NCBI RefSeq assembly: GCF_012571795.1
Contig: NZ_CP046222.1
Span: 420,819 to 452,818, forward strand
DNA length: 32,000 nt
Direction of reading: 5' to 3'
Source: Candidatus Saccharimonadota bacterium
GTDB lineage: Bacteria; Pseudomonadota; Gammaproteobacteria; Enterobacterales; Enterobacteriaceae
The notes under the pieces were generated by a model. It had not been told where the DNA came from, did not search any database, and worked only from the letters and a program-made list of their open reading frames with translations. Of this stretch, positions 8,200 through 17,786 are shown piece by piece. The translations under genes were made by a program, and so were the position numbers. The stretch's first letter is position 1, and every line of letters starts with the position of its first letter.

Positions 8200-11100
8200 T
8201 TAATTAAATAATTTTTCTAATGCATGAATTAATTCAAATTTTGGTTTAGTTATCCAAATTCCATTATAATTATCTATTTTTTTATTTATACCTCGTACAT
8301 ATAAATATATAATCGCACCAAAATATTTATTATAATTATAATTAATAATTTTACTACTTAAATATTTATGTAATGCAACAGTATACAATTGATATTGTAT
8401 ATCATAACGATTATAACAAATATTTTGTTTCATATTTTTTATATTATATTTATAAACATTTGATCCCAACCAATGTGATTTATAATCAATAATATAATAT
8501 TTATCTTCCCATATAAATATTAAGTCAATAACACCATGTATAAAACCTTGAAATTCATTAAAATTAATTAGTGGAAGATAATATGAAATATTATCATATT
8601 TTTTAATAATATTATTAAATTTTTGACTAGAAATATTATTTTTAATTGATAAATAGAATTCAAATTCTGTTTGTTTATTTTTACTATTAATATTTTTAAG
8701 AATAATATTTGTATAACTTAAGGATTTATTAATAATATTATTAATCCAATTAGTTAACATAATATCCCAAGATATATTTATATTATTTTTAATTAATTCA
8801 TTTTTAATAAATGATTTTGATACTGGATTTTGAAAATTTATTTTTTCTAAAATAGAATGTATTAATAACCCAGTTGTTTTACCTATAGGAAAATTATGTT
8901 GTGTTTTTTTTATATATTTTTTTTTATTTTGTATAAAATAAAAATTATAAAAATATTTTGTATCATTTGTATTATATAATTGTTGTTTTTTTATTTTTGT
9001 ATAACTTATAATATCTAAATTTTTATATTTTATATTATATTCTTTATAATCATTAATATTATTTAAATTATTTAGTGTTTGATATTGTACATAATAATTT
9101 TTTGTTTGTAATAATTTTACATTATCATTAATAATAACTTTAATGTCATCTGTAATTAATTTATTGACGTTATTTTTTAAATCTTCTGTAGTGCTATTAT
9201 TTTTATTTTTAATTAAATAATGTAAAGCATTAAAATAATTAAAATATTTTTTATATTGACAATGATTTTTAAGATTAGCTATACCAATACTACAATGAAA
9301 AATAGCTCTAGTAATAGACACATATAATAATCTTATATGTTCGGATAATGATTCTTCTAATGTATATTTTATATAATTTATATTTTTATTAAAACTTATA
9401 ATTTTATTAAAATTACTACGATTATGATAAATAACACCATGATCATGTATTAAATCAACAAAATTACAAATAATAAATGGCAACCAAACAATAGGAAATT
9501 GCAACCCTTTTGATTTATATATTGTCATAATTTTTATTTGATTTTTTTGATTATCTAATCTAATTTGTTGATTTTCATCTTGATTATTTGGATATGTAAT
9601 TTGTTTTTTTAACCATTGTATTACATGTACTACATTAGTAGTATTATCTATAGAATTTTGTAATAATTCTCCTATATGTAAAATATTTTTAATTTTTTTT
9701 TTATTAAAAAAATATAATATATTTTGTTTATCATAAATATTTTTATTTAAAAACATATATTCTAACATATTTAAAAAACCATATTTATTCCAAAATTTTT
9801 TATATATAAAAAATTGTTCCATAGTTTTTAAAATGAGCTTATATTTATTTGGATAATCAAAAAATATTAAATTAATTTCAAATAATGTACTAGATAATAA
9901 TTTTATAATTAAATATTTATTGCTTGGTTTTATAATAGTTTTTAATAAAATAATTAATTCTTTTGCTTCAATAGTTTCAAAAACACTAATAGTATTAGAT
10001 AAATATATAGATGGAATATTAAATTTAATAAATTCTTTTTGAATAATATATGCTTCATATTTATTACGTACTAGTATAGTAATATCATTAATATTAACTA
10101 TTTTCTTGTTTGTACCATATAAAAAATAATTATTATTACTTATTAAATATTTATAAATATTACTAACACATATATATGCTATTCTTTGTTTGAATTTATT
10201 TATATTTGTTTCATATAAATCCAACCATAAATTTATACCAGGTTGTATATCATTATTAAATATAAATTTATAATTAATTTTATGTTGTACATATGTAGCT
10301 TGATTAAAAATAATATTTTTTAAAACAAAGGTTTGTGACCTATTAGAAAATAATTGATTAATACTTTTAACTATTGTACTAGATGAACGCCAATTATTTT
10401 TTAATGTATAACAATTTTTAATTTCTTTAGTAGCTTGTATATAAGTAAAAATATCAGCATCTCTAAAAGAATAAATTGCTTGTTTAGGATCGCCAATAAA
10501 AATAATTGGATTAGTAGATTTATTATAAATTTTTTTAAAAATATTATATTGTTGTGTATTAGTATCTTGAAATTCATCTATGAAAGTAATAGGATATATT
10601 TTTCTAATGTCTTGAGCAATTTTAACACCAAATTTACTATTCAACCTTTTTAATAAAAGATTTAATAAATCATTAAAACTAATTTTATTGTCTTTTTTTT
10701 TTTTAATTTGTATAAAATTAACAACATATTTTAATGCTTGTAATATAATTATATTTTTTAAACTTATTATATTTTTAATACATATATCTATTTTATTAAA
10801 TAAAATATGTTTAGGAGGATATTTTATACTATTATTTATTAGTATTTGTCTAGAAAATTTTTTTAATTGTGTTGGATAAGTATCATATATATTATTATTT
10901 GCCCACACATTAACAATATTAATCCATTTTTGCATATTTCGTTTATTATACATATGTTTATTAATATCACTATTATTAATAATAATAATTATATCTTGAT
11001 GATATTGTATCCAATATTTTTTAATAATAATTAAATTTTTTTTATTATTATCATATTGCTTACATACATTTATATTATCTGTATGATATTTTATTATAGA

Positions 11101-11715
11101 TGTGGAATAATGATTTATAAATGGTAATATACTTTGTAGTATTTGTTGAGGTGTTCTAAAATATATAAAAATAATTATTGATATATATTCAGGTAATTTA
11201 TTAATATAATCATGCCAAAATTGTATAATAGCTTCATTTAATAAATAAAACTCATTATTAATAATATTTGTTGTAAAAATATTATAATGATACATATTTA
11301 ATATTTTTTGACAAAATGAATGAATTGTAAAAATAGAAGCTTTATGAAAATTTAATTCTGCTTGTAATAATAAAGTTTTAGCTTGATTTAAATTTTTAAT
11401 TTCTTTTATTAAAAGATTTATAATATTATTTTCACTTGTATTATTTATGCATGCTTGACGTAATAAATAAATACTATTTTTAATTCTTTTTCTTAAATGT
11501 TTAACAGATATTTCTGTAAATGTTACAACAAGAATTTGTTCAATTTTTAGTGGTGTATTACAATTATTATAGGTTATTAAACCTAATATTAAACGTAAAT
11601 ATATAATAATTATTGTAAAAGTTTTACCTGTACCAGCAGATGCTTCAATTAAATATTTACCTGTTAATTTTTTTATAAATAAATCAAATTCTTTTATACA
11701 TTTATAATTTATCAT
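8200..11715 (-). CDS. recB: Exodeoxyribonuclease V beta subunit (RecB, SF1A helicase-nuclease)
   Basis: 1171 aa. Motifs: LIEASAGTGKTFTI, VVTFTE, FTIHSFCQ, IDEFQDT, IGDPKQAIYSFRDADIFTY, NWRSS, IYKSKGLQFP and LLYVSITRA. The C-terminal nuclease motif GVIDLIF...YYIIDYKSHWLG and QLYTVALHKYL is intact. Confidence 0.95.
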   Translation of the reverse strand: MINYKCIKEFDLFIKKLTGKYLIEASAGTGKTFTIIIIYLRLILGLITYNNCNTPLKIEQILVVTFTEISVKHLRKRIKNSIYLLRQACINNTSENNIINLLIKEIKNLNQAKTLLLQAELNFHKASIFTIHSFCQKILNMYHYNIFTTNIINNEFYLLNEAIIQFWHDYINKLPEYISIIIFIYFRTPQQILQSILPFINHYSTSIIKYHTDNINVCKQYDNNKKNLIIIKKYWIQYHQDIIIIINNSDINKHMYNKRNMQKWINIVNVWANNNIYDTYPTQLKKFSRQILINNSIKYPPKHILFNKIDICIKNIISLKNIIILQALKYVVNFIQIKKKKDNKISFNDLLNLLLKRLNSKFGVKIAQDIRKIYPITFIDEFQDTNTQQYNIFKKIYNKSTNPIIFIGDPKQAIYSFRDADIFTYIQATKEIKNCYTLKNNWRSSSTIVKSINQLFSNRSQTFVLKNIIFNQATYVQHKINYKFIFNNDIQPGINLWLDLYETNINKFKQRIAYICVSNIYKYLISNNNYFLYGTNKKIVNINDITILVRNKYEAYIIQKEFIKFNIPSIYLSNTISVFETIEAKELIILLKTIIKPSNKYLIIKLLSSTLFEINLIFFDYPNKYKLILKTMEQFFIYKKFWNKYGFLNMLEYMFLNKNIYDKQNILYFFNKKKIKNILHIGELLQNSIDNTTNVVHVIQWLKKQITYPNNQDENQQIRLDNQKNQIKIMTIYKSKGLQFPIVWLPFIICNFVDLIHDHGVIYHNRSNFNKIISFNKNINYIKYTLEESLSEHIRLLYVSITRAIFHCSIGIANLKNHCQYKKYFNYFNALHYLIKNKNNSTTEDLKNNVNKLITDDIKVIINDNVKLLQTKNYYVQYQTLNNLNNINDYKEYNIKYKNLDIISYTKIKKQQLYNTNDTKYFYNFYFIQNKKKYIKKTQHNFPIGKTTGLLIHSILEKINFQNPVSKSFIKNELIKNNINISWDIMLTNWINNIINKSLSYTNIILKNINSKNKQTEFEFYLSIKNNISSQKFNNIIKKYDNISYYLPLINFNEFQGFIHGVIDLIFIWEDKYYIIDYKSHWLGSNVYKYNIKNMKQNICYNRYDIQYQLYTVALHKYLSSKIINYNYNKYFGAIIYLYVRGINKKIDNYNGIWITKPKFELIHALEKLFN

Positions 11716-11728
11716 AATTTTTAAATGC

Positions 11729-14700
11729 TTATATTATTTTAAAAAATAAAATATCTAACATCCATTTTTTAATTAAATTTTGAATATTTAAAAATTCTTG
11801 TTTATCAATTATATAATTTATTTTTTTAAAATAAAGATCACTATTTTCTTTAACAAAATAACAATTTTCCCAATAATAGAAAAATAATTTTTGTGCTTGT
11901 TGTTGTATTTTATTATCATAATTAATATTATTAGTATGTATATCAAAACAACAATTAATCCATATCCAAGAACTTTTCATAGGCAGAATTAATGGATTAT
12001 TCATACCAGAAATATAACCTTGAATATATTTTGTTAATAATAAACATGCTTGTTTATAAGGAATATATTTTAAATGATATTTAGTATTATTAAATCCTAT
12101 AATTAGTGCATCTTTTTTATATTTATTATCATGTGCACATAAAATTATATGTTGTATCCATAATGACATAATATCTTTCACATCTATAATTTTAGGTACA
12201 AATTTTAATAAATTATTTTGATTAAAAATTAATTTAATTTTACCATATAACTGAATATTATTTAATTTTAAATTAAAAATTTTTGTACTAACAATACTTT
12301 TATCAAAATATTGATAAAATATTATACTAATTTTCTGTACTTTTTCTGACCACCAAAAATTACCATAATTACCATATGGTAATATATTACAATTTAAATA
12401 ATATTTATATAAATAATTTAAATCATCATATTTTATAAATGTATCAAATATTTTTTTATTTATTAAATATTCTTGTAAATAATTTACTAAAAAAGGGTCC
12501 ACAATATGAAATTGTGTATGATATATATCTTGTAAGTAAATTTTTAATCTTTGATTAAAAAACCCTTTTAATGGATGTTTCCAAAAATTAATAAAATTAT
12601 TAATATTAATCTTATTAATATCAAGTAATATAAATTGATTTGGTTGTTTATTATTTTTATAATGTAATATAGTATTATTATCTTTTTTAATATAAATATT
12701 ATTGTCAGAAATTGAATTTAATACAATTTTTATAATACTATTTTTATCTATAATATATTTTTCTTTAATATGATTTATTATCATATTTATAATAGGTGAT
12801 CTACATTTAGTATTTTCTTGTTTATCATCTATAATATAACTTATATATATTTTTTTTTGAGTTAAAATAAATAATTGTAAAAAATTATATTTATCTTTTT
12901 CTGTTTGGTTACAATCATATTGATTATTAAAATATTTTAATAAATTAAATATAAATTGCTGAGATTTTCTTGGAAAATATTCATTATTCATACCAATAAT
13001 AAAATTAATTTTACAATTTAATGGTTGAAAATTATATAAAGAATAAAAATTAATTGAATTAATTTTAAATCTTTTATATGTTAAAGATTTTAATTTAAAT
13101 AAAATTAAATCTAATATTATATTAACATGAACCATTTTATTATATTGTGCCATTATTCCATTTTGAATACATGATTTAATTTCTGATAAAAATTCTTGTA
13201 TATATTTGTATTTTAATGTTGTAGAAGAAAAAAAATCTAAATATAATTTATTAATTATTTTTATCCATTTTGGTAAAATATATTTTTTATTTAAAATTTG
13301 TTGCCATTTATATAATGTTAATAAAAATTTTGTAAAATTACCTAATAAAATACTGGATGAATTATTTATACTTGTATATGGAATAACATTATTCCATAAT
13401 ATTTTTTTATCATTTATTGCATAACCTAAAAACATACGATGTAATCCTAATTTCCAAGTATATTGATCTTCAGGAAAAATAATATTTTTAAAATTTGTAA
13501 AATTTAAATTATGTTTAATACCAATTTCTTTAATCCAATATTGTAAATAATCAATATCTGTTAGTTGTATATGAAATTTTCTTAAAATATATTTATTTTC
13601 TAATAAAAAAAAAATATCTTCAGGTGTTATGTTTGTACTAGATAATTTTAATAAAAATATAAATTTATCTTTAATATTAATTAAATATTCATTATGAAAA
13701 TCATTAAATATATTAAATGCTAATGTTTTTTTACTAAAAATAGTTTTAATGAAAGATTTATATAATTTTATATTAGGAGTAGTAACAATAATATCATGTA
13801 ATAATAAATTTTTATCTTTAGATAAAAGCTCTAAAATATTATTATATAATAATTCTATTTCTGTTTTAATACTTTCACATGAAAATATTTGAATAGATTG
13901 ATCTTTACTTAATATTGTTTTTTTTTTATTAAATGATTTTGCATAAAAAATATCATTTTGTATCTCAGTTAATAAATTTACTGAATTAATAGGTACAAAT
14001 GTTTCAATAATTCTAGATGGTATTTCAATAAATTTATCTATATTATATAAACCACATTTTCCTAATTGATTTAATAAACTACTATTTTTTGTTAAATATT
14101 TCCAATAATATTTACATGGATTAAATATTAGAATATGTATTTCGATATATTTTTCTACTAATTGTAATAATTTAAGGTATATTATAGGAATATCATGTAT
14201 AAATAATATAAATATCTTTTGTGGTATAATATTATTAAATTTGATATTATGACATGTTTTTAAGTAATTATATAATTTGCCATGATGCCATAATGTTTTT
14301 TTTGAAATATTATGATAATTAATAATTTTATACCATAATATAGCTTGCCAAACTTCATTTAAATTATTTTTATTTAAATATTGTTTATTATCCCATGTTA
14401 ATAATAATTCTGGTTTATATTTTTGATATTGATCATATATATATGCAATTTTTGTTGATAAATTAAAAAAAGAATAAAAATCATCCATTTTATGAAAATA
14501 TTTTGTTAAATAAATAAATTCAGGTGAATTAATTAATTTTGGCAAAAATTTCATTATATACCAAATACAATAATTTTTATCTAAAAATATATCATATTTT
14601 ATTTCAGGAAAAATATTAGTAAATAATTCTATAATAAAATTATCTATAAAAAAATATTTTATATTCGCATGTATACCAGTATGTTTTGCAAAAAATAATT

Positions 14701-14839
14701 TGAATCTTTGAATAATATTTGATTGATTTATTAATATAACTTCCGGTTGAAATATATTGTGTATTGTTTTTTTTTGAATTTGTAATTGAATGATATAGAA
14801 TAAATGTTCTAAATTATTGGAATAATATATTGTAAACAT
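11729..14839 (-). CDS. recC: Exodeoxyribonuclease V gamma subunit (RecC)
   Basis: 1036 aa. The N-terminus MFTIYYSNNLEHL... and FQPEVILINQSN, IEIHILIFNPCKYYW and the general colinearity match E. coli RecC as recalled (about 1122 aa, so this copy is roughly 85 aa shorter). It sits directly upstream of recB with a 13-nt gap. Confidence 0.9.
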   Translation of the reverse strand: MFTIYYSNNLEHLFYIIQLQIQKKTIHNIFQPEVILINQSNIIQRFKLFFAKHTGIHANIKYFFIDNFIIELFTNIFPEIKYDIFLDKNYCIWYIMKFLPKLINSPEFIYLTKYFHKMDDFYSFFNLSTKIAYIYDQYQKYKPELLLTWDNKQYLNKNNLNEVWQAILWYKIINYHNISKKTLWHHGKLYNYLKTCHNIKFNNIIPQKIFILFIHDIPIIYLKLLQLVEKYIEIHILIFNPCKYYWKYLTKNSSLLNQLGKCGLYNIDKFIEIPSRIIETFVPINSVNLLTEIQNDIFYAKSFNKKKTILSKDQSIQIFSCESIKTEIELLYNNILELLSKDKNLLLHDIIVTTPNIKLYKSFIKTIFSKKTLAFNIFNDFHNEYLINIKDKFIFLLKLSSTNITPEDIFFLLENKYILRKFHIQLTDIDYLQYWIKEIGIKHNLNFTNFKNIIFPEDQYTWKLGLHRMFLGYAINDKKILWNNVIPYTSINNSSSILLGNFTKFLLTLYKWQQILNKKYILPKWIKIINKLYLDFFSSTTLKYKYIQEFLSEIKSCIQNGIMAQYNKMVHVNIILDLILFKLKSLTYKRFKINSINFYSLYNFQPLNCKINFIIGMNNEYFPRKSQQFIFNLLKYFNNQYDCNQTEKDKYNFLQLFILTQKKIYISYIIDDKQENTKCRSPIINMIINHIKEKYIIDKNSIIKIVLNSISDNNIYIKKDNNTILHYKNNKQPNQFILLDINKININNFINFWKHPLKGFFNQRLKIYLQDIYHTQFHIVDPFLVNYLQEYLINKKIFDTFIKYDDLNYLYKYYLNCNILPYGNYGNFWWSEKVQKISIIFYQYFDKSIVSTKIFNLKLNNIQLYGKIKLIFNQNNLLKFVPKIIDVKDIMSLWIQHIILCAHDNKYKKDALIIGFNNTKYHLKYIPYKQACLLLTKYIQGYISGMNNPLILPMKSSWIWINCCFDIHTNNINYDNKIQQQAQKLFFYYWENCYFVKENSDLYFKKINYIIDKQEFLNIQNLIKKWMLDILFFKII

Positions 14840-15016
14840 GTTTTAATAAGAATTTTATGATATATTAAATATATACTTAATATAGTTATATTGTTCTTAT
14901 TATATATAAATTAATAGTTTAATTATATAATTATTTATATTTTTTTTAAAAACAATATATTTACTTTTAGTTAGTTGTAATGTTTTTATAAAAAAACATT
15001 ATATATAAATAAAATA

Positions 15017-15679
15017 ATGCATACAAATATTCATAGTATAAAAATTTTAATATTAAAATTAAAATTAATTATAGGATATAGTATTACTGATATAGCAAAA
15101 TTTTTAAATTATCCTATTCCTATAAATATAAAATATAATAAAGGTTTTGCTGGACAATTAATAGAATATTATTTAATAGGACGACATATAAATAATAAAT
15201 ATCATCAAGATTTTGAACATCTGGGTATAGAAATTAAAACTATTACTATAAATAAAAATTTTAATGTATTAAATGATAGCTATATTTGTACATGTTCTTT
15301 ATTTAAAAATAATAATATGTTTTGGAATACTAGTATATTATATAAAAAATTATCCATAATTTTATGGATACCTATTATTACAAATAGTATTAATACTCCT
15401 TTAAAAGAAAGAATTATTGGTCATCCTAAATTATGGAGTCCAACAGTAGATGAAAAAAAAATTTTATATAAAGATTGGTATAATTTAATTCAATTATTAA
15501 TTCTAGGTCAAATACAAGAATTAAATAATTATTATGGTTCTATATTAATTATTAAAAATAAATCGAATAAAAAACAAAATACTAAATTTATAGATTATTT
15601 AGGAAATGTTTGTTATACATCTCCTAAAGCATTTTTTTTAAAAAAAACTTTTTTTAATAATACAAATTTTTTTATGTAA
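15017..15679 (+). CDS. mutH: DNA mismatch repair endonuclease MutH
   Basis: 220 aa. The catalytic D-(x6)-E-x-K is present as D65 (15209-15211), E72 (15230-15232) and K74 (15236-15238) in HQDFEHLGIEIKT. LWIP, KLWSP, DW, ILGQI and FFLKK also match E. coli MutH. Confidence 0.9.
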   Translation: MHTNIHSIKILILKLKLIIGYSITDIAKFLNYPIPINIKYNKGFAGQLIEYYLIGRHINNKYHQDFEHLGIEIKTITINKNFNVLNDSYICTCSLFKNNNMFWNTSILYKKLSIILWIPIITNSINTPLKERIIGHPKLWSPTVDEKKILYKDWYNLIQLLILGQIQELNNYYGSILIIKNKSNKKQNTKFIDYLGNVCYTSPKAFFLKKTFFNNTNFFM

Positions 15680-15689
15680 ATATATATAT

Positions 15690-16958
15690 TTAATATACTT
15701 GTTCTAATGAAATTAATTCTTGTATTGTTTGTTGACGTCTAATTTGATGTATTTTATTATTATAAATAAATATTTCAGGTATTAATGGTCTACTATTATA
15801 ATTTGAGGACATTGTAGCACCATATGCTCCTGTATCATGAAAAATTAAATAATCATAAATTTTTATATTTATAGATAATAAAATCGTAGTAATATCTCCA
15901 TTATTTAACTGTGTAAAAACATCTCCAGATTCACATAAAGGACCAGCAATAATAGTTGGTATTTTTATATCTTGTGAAAGATCTAATCCTTCATAAGAGA
16001 TTGCTGATACATGATGAAAACTACCATACATAGCAGGTCTAATTAAATCATTAAAACCAACATTAACTAATATAAATCTTCTATTATTTATATTTTTTAT
16101 AGCATGAACTTGACAAATTAATATACCTGATTCAGCTACTAAAAAACGTCCTGGTTCAATTTCTAGTGTTATATTTTGTTTAAAATAATTTTTAATTATA
16201 TTCCTAGTATGATCCCATATATTAAAATAATTATTAATATTAATAGGTGTATCATTATTTTTATATGGTATGGGCAATCCACCTCCTACAGATATAGCAC
16301 ATATTTTAGGCATATATGGTTGTGTTACATTATATAACATAGCATTACATACTTTTTGTAAATGATGATAATTTACACCAGAACCTATATGCATATGTAT
16401 ACCAATTAAATTAAATTGATATTTTTTAATAATATTAAGTGTTTGTTCTATTTCAGAATACCATATTCCATGTTTACTATTTATACCTCCTGTATTAGTT
16501 TTTTTATTATGTCCATAACCAAATCCAGGATTAATACGTAACCATATATTATGCTGTTTTTTTAATTTTCCTAATTGATGTAACATATCAATAGATCCAA
16601 TATTAACAGTAATATTTAATTCAATCACACATTTTAATGTATTTTTTTCAAAAATATCTGCAGTAAATATAATATCTTGATTAGGATTATATCCAGCATA
16701 TAAAGCTCTTTCTATTTCACCTAATGATACTGCATCAATTTTAACTTGTTGTTTTCTCATAAATTTTAATATGTGAATATTAGAACATGCTTTTTGAGCA
16801 AATCTAATAATATCAAATTTTTTTAATTGTAATATTTTATTTTTAATATTATTTGCATAATATACCCAACAAGGAGTGTAATATTTTTTTATAATTTTTT
16901 GTATAATTTGAATAGATAATTTATTTTTATTATTTTTGTAATCAAATATTATATTCAT
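15690..16958 (-). CDS. lysA: Diaminopimelate decarboxylase
   Basis: 422 aa: RFAQKACSNIHIL (PLP lysine), SLGEIERALYAGYNP, NPGFGYGHNKKTNTGG.NSKHGIW, GIHMHIGSG, EIEPGRFLVAESG, GPLCESGDVF and HDTGAYGATMSSNYNSRPL. Confidence 0.96.
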   Translation of the reverse strand: MNIIFDYKNNKNKLSIQIIQKIIKKYYTPCWVYYANNIKNKILQLKKFDIIRFAQKACSNIHILKFMRKQQVKIDAVSLGEIERALYAGYNPNQDIIFTADIFEKNTLKCVIELNITVNIGSIDMLHQLGKLKKQHNIWLRINPGFGYGHNKKTNTGGINSKHGIWYSEIEQTLNIIKKYQFNLIGIHMHIGSGVNYHHLQKVCNAMLYNVTQPYMPKICAISVGGGLPIPYKNNDTPININNYFNIWDHTRNIIKNYFKQNITLEIEPGRFLVAESGILICQVHAIKNINNRRFILVNVGFNDLIRPAMYGSFHHVSAISYEGLDLSQDIKIPTIIAGPLCESGDVFTQLNNGDITTILLSINIKIYDYLIFHDTGAYGATMSSNYNSRPLIPEIFIYNNKIHQIRRQQTIQELISLEQVY

Positions 16959-17374
16959 AATAGAATTATTCTATTGTTATTTAATATTATTAATATAATT
17001 AATATTACTAGTATTTGCATAAAAATGCTTTATATTTTTTATATAATATATATACTTTTATAAATAGAATAATTAAAATGATATAATTTATATGTTTTTT
17101 TAATATAGTAAATCATATTATCTTATTAATATTTAAAAATTAAAATTATAAATTTCATATTATTTAAATTTGTTTTTTTTATTAAAAATCAGTATCATAA
17201 GTAAAAATTTAAAAAAATATAATATTTATTATTAATTATAATTTTAATAATATAAATATTATATTTTATATTATTATTTACCAAATACTTATATTTAATA
17301 AAATAAATCAATTATATTGATGTATTGTAAAATATTTGTATGGCTATATAATAATTTCAAATATATAAAATTTT

Positions 17375-17379
17375 AGGGA
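17375..17379 (+). promoter_or_regulatory. Shine-Dalgarno-like AGGGA for ptsH
   Basis: A purine G-containing pentamer 6 nt upstream of the ATG at 17386. It is one of the few G clusters in a 427-bp A/T spacer. Confidence 0.5.
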
Positions 17380-17385
17380 AAAATA

Positions 17386-17640
17386 ATGGTACAAAAAGAA
17401 GTTATGATTAATAACCAACATGGTTTACATACTCGTCCAGCAGCTTTATTTGTAAAAGCAGCTAAATCCTTTAAATCAGATATTACTATTACATATAATA
17501 ATGTTACAGTAAATGCTAAAAGTTTATTTAAAATTCAAACATTAGGTTTAGTTAAAGGAACTATTATTACTTTAACTGCTTCAGGACTAGATGAACAAAA
17601 AGCTATAGATCATTTAGTAAATATTATTAAAACATTATAA
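17386..17640 (+). CDS. ptsH: Phosphocarrier protein HPr
   Basis: 84 aa. GLHTRPAALFVK (active-site His15), AKSLFKIQTLGL (Ser46 region) and DEQKAIDHLV. Confidence 0.96.
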   Translation: MVQKEVMINNQHGLHTRPAALFVKAAKSFKSDITITYNNVTVNAKSLFKIQTLGLVKGTIITLTASGLDEQKAIDHLVNIIKTL

Positions 17641-17775
17641 TATATATAATATAATTATAAAATAAATTCTAAATATATTAAGTAAGTTTTATTAGAAATA
17701 AAATATTATTAATATAATAATTTTTAGCTAAAACTTAAAAATAATTTAATAAAATTATTAAATTATATAATTATT

Positions 17776-17780
17776 GAGGT
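17776..17780 (+). promoter_or_regulatory. Shine-Dalgarno GAGGT for ptsI
   Basis: GAGGT lies 6 nt upstream of the ATG at 17787. Confidence 0.6.
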
Positions 17781-17786
17781 AAATAT

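Noticed and set aside
10435-10653. 72-aa ORF on the plus strand.
   Set aside because: It is antisense within the most conserved part of recB (the IDEFQDT and GDPKQAIY region is encoded opposite). Shadow ORF.
10688-10879. 63-aa ORF on the plus strand.
   Set aside because: It is antisense within recB and begins in the poly(T) tract. The peptide is low-complexity with no support.
13206-13424. 72-aa ORF on the plus strand.
   Set aside because: It is antisense within recC. Shadow ORF.
14978-15001. Stem-loop of about 10 bp (taatgttttt / aaaaacatta) 16 nt upstream of the mutH start.
   Set aside because: The stem is almost entirely A/T homopolymer pairing (T5 with A5). Such pairings arise frequently by chance at this composition and would be very weak. 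There is no basis for a regulatory call.
6343-15679. The recC-recB-recD-mutH cluster (two helicases, a nuclease domain and a small endonuclease) superficially resembles a multi-gene defence or novel nuclease-helicase system.
   Set aside because: Every protein aligns along its full length with the canonical E. coli RecC, RecB, RecD and MutH. The arrangement matches ancestral enterobacterial synteny. There is nothing extra or unassigned in the cluster.
17722-17733. Perfect 12-bp palindrome ttttagctaaaa in the ptsH-ptsI spacer.
   Set aside because: A rough estimate gives dozens of 12-bp palindromes per 32 kb at this base composition, and it matches no known operator.
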